Part shown: one piece after another, positions 7,896 to 16,000 of the stretch
Numbering within the stretch: position 1 is the first letter of the stretch
How the letters are laid out: every line of letters starts with the position of its first letter
NCBI GenBank assembly: GCA_013152195.1
Contig: JAADGU010000089.1
Coordinates: 1 to 39,440, forward strand
Direction of reading: 5' to 3'
Length of the DNA: 39,440 nucleotides
DNA from: Nitrospirota bacterium
Lineage (GTDB): Bacteria > Nitrospirota > Thermodesulfovibrionia > Thermodesulfovibrionales > JdFR-85
The notes under the pieces: generated by a model
What the model saw: only the letters and a program-made list of their open reading frames with translations
Database searches by the model: none
Told to the model about the DNA's origin: nothing
Made by a program: the position numbers and the translations under genes

Positions 7896-8969
7896 TCAAA
7901 AATGTTTTATTATATTGTAACGGGTGTCTCTCTGGGCAGGCCTGAACCCTGTCTGACTGATAGAGTTTATTATATCTTCACGTGTAACCCTGAATGAAAC
8001 CCCTGCCGCCTTTACCACATTCTCCTCGATCATTGTGGAGCCGAAATCATTGGCTCCAAACCTCAGGGCAGCCTGCGCCATCTTCAGGCCCTGTGTGACC
8101 CAGGATGCCTGTATGTTCTTTATGTTGTCGAGATATAGCCTTGAGAGAGACAGGATCCTGAGGTAGTCTACTGCCGTGGCAGGGATTAGTTGCGGGTTGC
8201 GGGTTGCGGGTTGCGAGTTTACATCTGGCTCCTGTTTTGCAATCTCTGTATTCCCAGGTTGGAAACTCCAGGGAATGAAGGCTGTAAAGCCACCTGTCCT
8301 GTCCTGAAGCGATCTTATGGCATCAAGGTGTTCAATTATGTCCTCCTCTCCTTCAATGGAACCAAACATCATGGTTGCAGTGCTCTTTATCCCGAGTCCA
8401 TGTGCTTCCTCCATGACCTCAAGCCACTCTGATGACCTTATTTTTTTCGGACTCAACACCTTTCTCACCCTGTCCGACAGGATTTCGGCACCTCCGCCAG
8501 GGATTGAATCAAGGCCTGCATCTTTGAGTGTCAAGAGGGTTTCCCTGAGGGTAAGACCGGATTTTTCGGCAATGTAACTTATCTCAGGCGGTGAAAAACC
8601 ATGCACATTTATATTAAAGTGTTTTTTTATGGACTTCAGCATTTCTGTGTAAAAGGAGAGCTCCAGTGCCGGATGTAGCCCGCCCTGTATTAGTATCTGT
8701 GTTCCTCCCTGATGTATCGTCTCCCTGATCTTTTCAAAGAGTTGTTCCTCGTCCAATACATAGGCCTCAGGAGAATCCGGGTCCCTGTAAAATGCACAAA
8801 ACCTGCATTTATTTATACAGGCATTGGTATAGTTGATATTCCTGTCCACAATAAAGGTAACGATACCATCTGGATGGAGGTCTTTCCTTATTCCGTCAGC
8901 TATCCTTCCAAGCTCAAGGAGGTCGGAGTCCCTCAACAGATTTAATGCAGTCTTTTTGCCTATCCTCAT
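7896..8969 (-). CDS. mqnC: Radical SAM enzyme, cyclic dehypoxanthinyl futalosine synthase-like (MqnC type)
   Basis: 'NINYTNACINKCRFCAF' CxxxCxxC cluster, 'PGGGAEIL', 'ATMMFG', 'GGFTAFIPWSFQPGNT'. Assignment as MqnC rather than MqnE comes from remembered family signatures. Confidence 0.7.
   Translation of the reverse strand: MRIGKKTALNLLRDSDLLELGRIADGIRKDLHPDGIVTFIVDRNINYTNACINKCRFCAFYRDPDSPEAYVLDEEQLFEKIRETIHQGGTQILIQGGLHPALELSFYTEMLKSIKKHFNINVHGFSPPEISYIAEKSGLTLRETLLTLKDAGLDSIPGGGAEILSDRVRKVLSPKKIRSSEWLEVMEEAHGLGIKSTATMMFGSIEGEEDIIEHLDAIRSLQDRTGGFTAFIPWSFQPGNTEIAKQEPDVNSQPATRNPQLIPATAVDYLRILSLSRLYLDNIKNIQASWVTQGLKMAQAALRFGANDFGSTMIEENVVKAAGVSFRVTREDIINSISQTGFRPAQRDTRYNIIKHF
8189..8216. repeat. 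Heptanucleotide tandem repeat (GTTGCGG x3 perfect, plus one imperfect copy) inside mqnC
   Basis: Direct reading of 'gttgcgg gttgcgg gttgcgg gttgcga'. It encodes 'SQPATRNPQ' within an apparent insertion after the 'FQPGNT' motif. Confidence 0.9.
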
Positions 8970-9228
8970 TTTTATCTTTTAAGCGCTTAATATAGCACCT
9001 GACATGGCCGGGTTTATTTAACATCTCCGTGTTTGAAGCCGAGTCAGGAAAATAGTATTCTATTGTTACATGTATTAACCCTGTAATGCAATTGTCTGCT
9101 TCAGGGTGCATTATTTGGCCTGGACATGTTTTAATACTAAAATTAGCTGATGACGCCGTGTGTGTGCAAGTATACAGTGATGTCATCGGTATATCCGACT
9201 ATTATATATATATTTCAGAGGTGAACCC

Positions 9229-9897
9229 ATGTCTATTGAAATAGGGCTCCTGTCCCTTGAATCAATATTGCTTGTGGCAACGATCGTACTCTTGATTTAC
9301 AGCATCAAGGAAGGGAAACAACGTGACAGACTCATTCTTGAGGTGGGAAAAGCCACAAAGGTGCTAACACGGCAGGAGTATTTTCTCACCATCATCGACT
9401 CGATGATGGATGCAAAGGAGGAGATCACCGGGTGTATAACCGGCAGGCCACCGACAGGGGATGACAGTAAAATGACAAGGGATATTATGGAAAATATCGA
9501 GAGAATGACCGAAAAAGGTGTGCGCATAAGGTACCTTATGCCTAAATTCCCGGACAGACTCTATCTTGGCTATCTCTACATGAAAGCCGGAGCAGAGATT
9601 TTCTACAGCAGTTGTCTTATGGTGTATGACATGCGCTTTATAATCGTTGACAACAAGGTTGTGGTGATAGGCGTTCCTGAAAGTACGGGGGAGAAGGAAG
9701 CAACCAAAAAGGGTTACAGGATACCATCCGAAGGTCTTGCAATAGTACTTGGAAATTATTTTGATACCTGTAAAAACCAGTCTGATTTTAAGGGATACCT
9801 TAAAGAGGTGATTGCTCAGACAGGTGCAACACCGGAGCACATTGCAAGGGAATACCGGATAGATGAGAAGGAACTGAGAAAACTTGCAGAGCTTTAA
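9229..9897 (+). CDS. Hypothetical membrane-anchored protein (single N-terminal TM helix, soluble domain of unknown function)
   Basis: SD AGAGGTG before the ATG. Hydrophobic N-terminus 'IGLLSLESILLVATIVLLIY'. I recognised no diagnostic catalytic motif. Confidence 0.5.
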   Translation: MSIEIGLLSLESILLVATIVLLIYSIKEGKQRDRLILEVGKATKVLTRQEYFLTIIDSMMDAKEEITGCITGRPPTGDDSKMTRDIMENIERMTEKGVRIRYLMPKFPDRLYLGYLYMKAGAEIFYSSCLMVYDMRFIIVDNKVVVIGVPESTGEKEATKKGYRIPSEGLAIVLGNYFDTCKNQSDFKGYLKEVIAQTGATPEHIAREYRIDEKELRKLAEL

Positions 9898-9944
9898 ATG
9901 ACTGCTTTCTGACGCCAGCCGTTACAACTTTACAGGAAAATTAT

Positions 9945-11012
9945 CTACGCATAGACCTTCACTGTTTCATAAAAAGCATCCCTCTCAACAGGTACTTTTC
10001 CCGCCTTCCTGATAAGGTTTACCATCTCTGCTTTTGTAAGCCCTTCACCCGTCATCGCACCAGCTGCATGGGTAATCTTCTCTTCAATGACCGTGCCGTC
10101 AATATCATCTGCCCCGAACAGGAGTGCCACCTGAGAGAGTTTTTCACCAAGCATGACCCAATATGCCTTTATGTGTGGAAAGTTGTCAAGTACAAGGCGG
10201 CTGATTGCTATTGTCTTTAAGTCATCGATTCCCGAGGGATACCGGCCTCCCATGTCTGTGTTTTGAGGATGGTAGGAGAGTGGGATGAATGCCTGAAACC
10301 CGCCTGTCTGGTCCTGGAGTTCCCTCAACCTTACAAGGTGGTCAATCCTGTCTTCACTGGATTCAAAATGACCGTACAGCATCGTAGCGTTTGTCTTTAT
10401 GCCGCATAGATGCGCAGTCCTGTGAACTTCAAGCCACCTTTCACCAGTTATCTTTTCAGGACAGAGACGCTCCCGTATGCTGTTTGCAAATATTTCTGCC
10501 CCACCTCCTGGCATGGCATCGAGACCGCTCTTTTTCAGACTTAACAGGGTATCCCTGAGACCAAGGTTACTTATCCCTGAAAAATAATCAACTTCAACTG
10601 CTGTAAATGCCTTGATATGGATCCGGGGAAAGTGTTTTCTGAGTTCTCGCAGCAGACTCAGATAATACTCAAAAGGGCGGTCAGGGTGAAGTCCTCCGAC
10701 TATATGGATCTCTCTGAGACCTTCAGGAGAGAGTTCAATCCTCCTTAAAATCTCATCAATTGATAATTCGAAGGCACCTTTTTCTCCCGTTGACCTGCTG
10801 AAGGCACAAAAACGGCATCGGTTTACGCATATGTTTGTGGGATTTACATGGCGGTTCTGGATAAAATAAGCCCTGTTTCCGTTTTTTTTCTCTGCAACAG
10901 AGGTCGCAAGTTTACCCAGTGTGTGGATGTCATCATCATGAAAAAGGGCAACCGCTTCTTCGAAGGATAGCCTTTCACCTGCAAGGATCTTCTGCTTTAT
11001 TGTCTCGAGCAT
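9945..11012 (-). CDS. mqnE: Radical SAM enzyme, aminodeoxyfutalosine synthase-like (MqnE type)
   Basis: 'NRHVNPTNICVNRCRFCAF', 'PGGGAEIF', 'ATMLYGH', 'GGFQAFIPLSYHPQNT'. N-terminus 'IKQKILAGERLSFEEAVALF' is MqnE-like. Start placed at ATG 11012 because the track start at 11048 is a TTG. Confidence 0.7.
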   Translation of the reverse strand: MLETIKQKILAGERLSFEEAVALFHDDDIHTLGKLATSVAEKKNGNRAYFIQNRHVNPTNICVNRCRFCAFSRSTGEKGAFELSIDEILRRIELSPEGLREIHIVGGLHPDRPFEYYLSLLRELRKHFPRIHIKAFTAVEVDYFSGISNLGLRDTLLSLKKSGLDAMPGGGAEIFANSIRERLCPEKITGERWLEVHRTAHLCGIKTNATMLYGHFESSEDRIDHLVRLRELQDQTGGFQAFIPLSYHPQNTDMGGRYPSGIDDLKTIAISRLVLDNFPHIKAYWVMLGEKLSQVALLFGADDIDGTVIEEKITHAAGAMTGEGLTKAEMVNLIRKAGKVPVERDAFYETVKVYA

Positions 11013-11070
11013 ATTCTTTGTTCTTTTTTTGTTTTTTAAGGGATGCAAATTCTATAACTGTTATTGCCCA

Positions 11071-12099
11071 TCAACACATTGTCCTGACAAAGGATGAAAC
11101 GGTCTTCCTGACCGATGGATCAAATAGTATCCATGCATGGTTCAGTGCCAGGTTGTGATGTTCAGAAGTATGCGGGGCCTCTGAACTCCTTTTACTGACC
11201 AGACCGTCTCCCTTTCCCATTATCAGTTCTTCAGGCAACCTCCCTTCAGGAACAAGAGAGGTTAGGATCTCAGGTATTGAAAAGAGCTTTTCCGGAGTCA
11301 TGACACCTTTAATTCGGTCTTCACGCCATCTGTAAATTGTAAAAAGTGTCGGGTCTGTTCCGCCAAGGGAGAGGGTCTTAATCGTTGTGAGCTTGCTGTT
11401 ATCAAACCCCGCTATAAATGGTGACTCAGGGAGTAACTCCCTTATAGCTTCACTCTTGAGAAATTCCATTATCCTTTTAATAGTGCTCCTGGCCGTACCC
11501 TTTTCTGCATTTTCAAAAAAGGGATAGATAATCCTTGAAATACCGGAAAGAGGCTCGGCCAGCTTTGCCAGGTTGCTTCCATGATGAGGAGTTGCGAGGG
11601 TAATAAGTGCCAGGCATTTCAGGTTCAACATTTCTATGGCCTTTCTTGCTACAAGCCCCCCCCTGCTGTGAGTAATAAAAACTATCCCGTTTTTTGTAAA
11701 CCGACGGTAATGTTTCAACAGGAGCTCAAGCTCTTTTACAAGTGATATGCAGTCTGAGGCAGGACGCTTCTGGGAGTAAGCCATAACAGTACATCCTTCC
11801 ATCTTCAGATCGTGAAAAACGGTTTTTAATTCCTTGGGTATCAAACCTGTGGTGATCCGGTTACTCAGGACTGGCTCAACGGAAATGCCTGCCCTGGCAG
11901 AAGGGCCGTTCTGTCCTGTTATCTCGACATCCCCTGGTTCTTTGGATAATAGTACTGTTATGGGGAATTTTCCTGCGAGTATCCGTGTCTTTTCCGGTTC
12001 TGCCCAGATGTTTAAACTCATACCCAGGCCATGAATAAAAAGACAGCAGGGACAATCCTTGAATCCCTGGTGAAAGATGACGTCAGGGAAGGAATCCAT
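11071..12099 (-). CDS. Alpha/beta-hydrolase, lipase/esterase-like
   Basis: Nucleophile elbow 'ITHSRGG', 'LATPHHGS', Asp candidate 'GKGDGLVS', His candidate 'LNHAW'. Its start overlaps the stop of the upstream ORF by 1 nt (TAATG). Confidence 0.65.
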   Translation of the reverse strand: MDSFPDVIFHQGFKDCPCCLFIHGLGMSLNIWAEPEKTRILAGKFPITVLLSKEPGDVEITGQNGPSARAGISVEPVLSNRITTGLIPKELKTVFHDLKMEGCTVMAYSQKRPASDCISLVKELELLLKHYRRFTKNGIVFITHSRGGLVARKAIEMLNLKCLALITLATPHHGSNLAKLAEPLSGISRIIYPFFENAEKGTARSTIKRIMEFLKSEAIRELLPESPFIAGFDNSKLTTIKTLSLGGTDPTLFTIYRWREDRIKGVMTPEKLFSIPEILTSLVPEGRLPEELIMGKGDGLVSKRSSEAPHTSEHHNLALNHAWILFDPSVRKTVSSFVRTMC

Positions 12100-12359
12100 T
12101 AATCCTGCGGTTTATCTGCTTTTAACTTCCTGACAATTTCGGGTAACTGGTCTTTTAGATCAGGATGTTTTCTGCCAAGGAATAACTTTATTCCTTTGAG
12201 CTCAAGCTTGACATCTGCAACTTCCGCAGCCACTGTATCAAGTCTCTGAATCTCCGACACAAGTGTCTGAATCTCCTTTTCCAGTAGGTTTATCTTCTCG
12301 CTCAATTCCCTTTCTTCTTTCATGGCCCCTTCCCCCAGTCTATATTTTTGCTCTTTCAT
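12099..12359 (-). CDS. Small coiled-coil protein of unknown function (86 aa)
   Basis: Heptad-like 'LSEKINLLEKEIQTLVSEIQRLDTV'. It is translationally coupled to the downstream hydrolase. Confidence 0.5.
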   Translation of the reverse strand: MKEQKYRLGEGAMKEERELSEKINLLEKEIQTLVSEIQRLDTVAAEVADVKLELKGIKLFLGRKHPDLKDQLPEIVRKLKADKPQD

Positions 12360-12430
12360 TTAAAAGCTGAAAGAGTTATAAGTAGTAAGCAAGACTGACC
12401 GGCTTCCTGATTGCCGGCATAGAATGACTT

Positions 12431-12517
12431 CTATCGTTTATTCTTCATTCTCCTGCGGAGTTTTTTATGCTTGTGTTTGTTAATTTTTTTCTTGCGCCAC
12501 TTCTTGACATTTCCCAT
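12431..12517 (-). CDS. 28-aa highly basic micro-protein, AURKAIP1/COX24-domain (ribosomal bS22-like)
   Basis: It is too short to appear in the ORF track. ATG at 12517 follows GGAGGTG (12524-12530). Translation is MGNVKKWRKKKINKHKHKKLRRRMKNKR, stop at 12431-12433. It resembles the remembered mycobacterial bS22 '[25 protein letters not shown]...'. Confidence 0.6.
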   Translation of the reverse strand: MGNVKKWRKKKINKHKHKKLRRRMKNKR

Positions 12518-12563
12518 TCAATCACCTCCTTTTTTAATGTTTTTATATATCTGTTTATAACCT

Positions 12564-15500
12564 TTAATTGCCGTTTTTTGTTCTTACCTGCTCCATAAAA
12601 GCCTCGAGTTGCAACTCTGTAGTTGAAGAATCAGTCCCATCATATGGAATACTGATAGATGGAATTCCATACTTCCTGGTAACCCCTCTCATAATGGCTG
12701 TAACTACTGTCCCAGGCATACATCCGAAGGGCATTGCATTTATGATCCCGGAAACACCTTTTCCGATCAGGTCAATAGACTTGCCGATGCTCATTATGGC
12801 CTCTCCTTCAAAGGATTCGTGCAGGTATGGAGAAGCCTTTTTCAATATATCCCTTGTATCAGGTTCATGTAAGGTTTTCAAAAAACCATTGAACGGTTTT
12901 TCGAGGTTGCTGGTTATTCTTTTTTGAAAGAGCCTTTTTAAGAGAATAGTTATAATACCAGAGATGTCTTTTTTTCGCAAGGTCTTTTTCAGGGACATCA
13001 GGTTTATATAGTAGATCCATTCATCCACCGGGGAGAGCCAGACTTCACCTCCAAGGGTCTCTATCTTTCTGACGAGGTCCTCGTTTGAAAACCTGTTGGA
13101 CCTCACGAATATCTCGCCCACTATTCCTATCAGGGGTTTTTCGCCATGCTCTTTGGGAAGGCTGTTAAAATCGTTTTTCATCTGTGCCATCAATGGCATT
13201 ATGTTACCATTGGAGCCGCTCAGAGTTGTGGTCAGCTTCTGCAGGTATTGATGATACAGATTATCCGCAGAGCCTTTCTCCTTTTCGTATGGCCTTGTCT
13301 CATGGAGACATTTTATGAGGATTTCAAATGCCACAATTCCCTCCCAGGATCTTGACACAAAATCCTTGCCAACGATTCCCAGATCCTTATAAAAAGTTAC
13401 ATCCTGTACAGGAGTGAATATGGGCACATCCTTAATCCCGACTTCCTCGAGTATCATCCTGTGAAAGATATTGTATTGACCGAATCTGCAGGGTCCGGTA
13501 CCTGAGGGCATGAAGAATGCTGACTCTTCCGGCCTGAAATCTTCAGAGAAGACCTTTTTGAGCATATCCCCTGTTGTGACTGTGCAGGGATAACACTCCT
13601 TTCCTGATACATACCTCCTGCCAAATTCAAGCGCCCCTGCATCAGTCTCGGGGAGCACCTCGGCAGGTATACCGCAATGTTCAAATGCTGCCTTCAGGGC
13701 AAAGGCATGATCGGACATCCTTGGCAGATAGACAGTCCTCTGTTTACCCGAGGACTTTTTGACTGAGAATTCCACCTTCTGCGGTACAGGGGTCTCTCTG
13801 TACTCTGTTTTTCCGGTAGAAATCTGGGCATCAATGCTGTCGAGAAATGCCTCGCATCTTGTGATTGCCCCGGCATCTGCACTATGTTCATCTATCTCGA
13901 CATAGAGATAGGGTTTTTTTGAAAGTTCCTTTTCAAAGAATTTCTGTATAAAGGAATCAGGGCCACAGGAAAAATTCCCTATAAATAGGGGGTAGAGGTG
14001 TTTATTTTTCTTGATGACCCTTGCTGCCTTCAGGATTCTCTGGCCGGACCTCCAGTACATATCAGGCCAGTCATCGTGGATATCCTCTTCGGAAAGGAAA
14101 TCCATTGGCAGGGAAAGCACATCAAGGGAGGCAAGTTTTTTCGGTATTTCGAGATTTACACCCATATCAAAGGCATTGTAGGCCCGCCCCACTATTACCA
14201 CTGCCCGTTTGTCCAGGGTGGACAAAACCTCCCTGCCGCGCGCCTTGATATTTCCTGTAAATTCATCCTGTGCCATCTGCGCCTTTTCCATCGCCCTTCT
14301 GATCTCACCAGAGGAAATGCCGAAATGCCTCATGGTCTTCCTGATCTCTTTAAAAACAAAGTTTTCCCCTTCTTTCAGTTTTATAACTGGTGAGACGACA
14401 GTGGCATTTTCAAAGGCCACACGTATCTGATACGGGAAGCTCTGGGTAAGGGGGCAGGCATGGCCTTTTTCGTATGGATCATCCGCAGAGTTCATATTTA
14501 TAAAACTCGGTATAAACAGGGTATCTACACCCTCCTGAAGCAGATGCCTTACATGTCCATGTGAGACCTTGACAGGAAAGCATGTCTCGGCCAATACAGT
14601 TTCAAGACCGAGGCTGACGATTCTCCTGTTTGTTTTGGGTGAGACCACCACCTCAAAACCTAATTCCCACAGGAGTGTGCTCCAGTATGGAAGATAATCC
14701 TGAAAGTAAAAGACATAGGGAATTCCGATCCTGCCCCTGCGGAGGCTTGTGCCTGATTCCTTTACCTTTTCAGCACGTTCTGTATGTGACTTCCATAGCT
14801 CCTCTTCCCTGAAGGCAAAAAGATCCGGTATTTCTGTCTTTACCCTTCTGCGCACATCATACTTCTCACACCTGCCGCCGTAGAAGAGGAAGCCATCCTC
14901 CCCGTCGATCTTAACCCTGTTAATTTCGCACATGTTCTCACAGCTCCTGCACTCAAAGGAACTCAGCTGGTAGGGCCTGCTTGCAAGGTCAAAACCCTTA
15001 AAGGAAGTTCCGGAAGAAAGACCCTTCTCTGAGGACTTTACTCTTGCAGCCTGCATATGCTCCCTTGCTATCAGGGCCATTCCTATGGCACCGGTTACAT
15101 CATGGTTCGGCGGTACGGTTACGGTTCTTCCTGTAAACTTTTCAAAGGCTGCCACAACCGTTTTGTTGAAAGCCGTACCACCCTGAAAGAAGATGTGTTC
15201 TCCTATCTGTCTTCCGGCAACCACACGGTTAATGTAGTTTTCCACTATGGAGTATGCAAGACCGGCAAGCAGGTCGTTTTTTTGAGCTCCCCGCTGGAGG
15301 TTTGCCATAAGGGAATTCTCCATGAATACAGTGCACCTTTCACCGAGCCTGCAAGGATTCGTCGATGAAAAGGCACAATCGGCAAACTCGCCCTTGATGG
15401 AGATGCTCAGTTTCTCGGCCTGTTCTTCAAGGAATGAGCCTGTGCCGGCAGCGCATGCCTTGTTCATCTCAAAATCCACTATTATGCCGTCCCGGAGGGA

Positions 15501-15887
15501 AATATACTTTGAATCCTGTCCCCCGATTTCAAAGATTGTATCAACTTCAGGGTCTATGGAGACAGCTGCTGTTGCCTGTGCAGTAATCTCGTTTTTTACA
15601 ATGTCAGCGCCGACAAAGTCTGCAATCATGTACCTGCCGGAGCCTGTAGTGCCAACGCCGCATATCTCGACGCTATTGCCCACCTCTTTTCCTACCTCCA
15701 GCAGACCCTGCCTGACAGCCTCAATAGGTCTTCCTGCTGTCATCAGATACCTCTTTGCGATAAGTCTTCCGTTTTCATCTATAACGGCAAGGTTTGTGCT
15801 GATGGAACCGATATCAATACCAAGATAAAACCTGTTTTTCTGCTCCTGTGGTTTTTTCTGCCCCCTGATACCTGCTTCCTGCCCCAC
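12564..15887 (-). CDS. BCR/HAD-family fusion: BcrAD/BadFG-type activator ATPase domain plus duplicated 2-hydroxyacyl-CoA-dehydratase-like (DUF2229-type) body
   Basis: N-terminus has 'GIDIGSISTN', 'GGQDSK', 'CAAGTGSFLEEQ', 'GERCTVFMENS'. These are followed by 'CRSCENMCEI...GGRCEKYD', 'CFPVK', 'GNFSCGPDS', 'CYPC', 'GTGPCRFGQY', 'MPFGCMPG'. GTG start with a weak SD. Confidence 0.75.
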   Translation of the reverse strand: MGQEAGIRGQKKPQEQKNRFYLGIDIGSISTNLAVIDENGRLIAKRYLMTAGRPIEAVRQGLLEVGKEVGNSVEICGVGTTGSGRYMIADFVGADIVKNEITAQATAAVSIDPEVDTIFEIGGQDSKYISLRDGIIVDFEMNKACAAGTGSFLEEQAEKLSISIKGEFADCAFSSTNPCRLGERCTVFMENSLMANLQRGAQKNDLLAGLAYSIVENYINRVVAGRQIGEHIFFQGGTAFNKTVVAAFEKFTGRTVTVPPNHDVTGAIGMALIAREHMQAARVKSSEKGLSSGTSFKGFDLASRPYQLSSFECRSCENMCEINRVKIDGEDGFLFYGGRCEKYDVRRRVKTEIPDLFAFREEELWKSHTERAEKVKESGTSLRRGRIGIPYVFYFQDYLPYWSTLLWELGFEVVVSPKTNRRIVSLGLETVLAETCFPVKVSHGHVRHLLQEGVDTLFIPSFINMNSADDPYEKGHACPLTQSFPYQIRVAFENATVVSPVIKLKEGENFVFKEIRKTMRHFGISSGEIRRAMEKAQMAQDEFTGNIKARGREVLSTLDKRAVVIVGRAYNAFDMGVNLEIPKKLASLDVLSLPMDFLSEEDIHDDWPDMYWRSGQRILKAARVIKKNKHLYPLFIGNFSCGPDSFIQKFFEKELSKKPYLYVEIDEHSADAGAITRCEAFLDSIDAQISTGKTEYRETPVPQKVEFSVKKSSGKQRTVYLPRMSDHAFALKAAFEHCGIPAEVLPETDAGALEFGRRYVSGKECYPCTVTTGDMLKKVFSEDFRPEESAFFMPSGTGPCRFGQYNIFHRMILEEVGIKDVPIFTPVQDVTFYKDLGIVGKDFVSRSWEGIVAFEILIKCLHETRPYEKEKGSADNLYHQYLQKLTTTLSGSNGNIMPLMAQMKNDFNSLPKEHGEKPLIGIVGEIFVRSNRFSNEDLVRKIETLGGEVWLSPVDEWIYYINLMSLKKTLRKKDISGIITILLKRLFQKRITSNLEKPFNGFLKTLHEPDTRDILKKASPYLHESFEGEAIMSIGKSIDLIGKGVSGIINAMPFGCMPGTVVTAIMRGVTRKYGIPSISIPYDGTDSSTTELQLEAFMEQVRTKNGN

Positions 15888-16000
15888 GGTCTCTGTCAGC
15901 AGATGCCTCTCTCTGAACCCATCCCCTTCTTCAATGAGCGGTTTGTGACCTGAATCATTATGTTTGAGTGAGGAGAGTGTTTCCTCAAGTTTGCTGAAGT

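Noticed and set aside
8914-9186. 90-aa minus-strand ORF spanning the mqnC start and the upstream intergenic region.
   Set aside because: It overlaps the mqnC 5' end in another frame, has no SD and no domain signal. The region is better explained as the divergent promoter region of mqnC and the 9229 gene.
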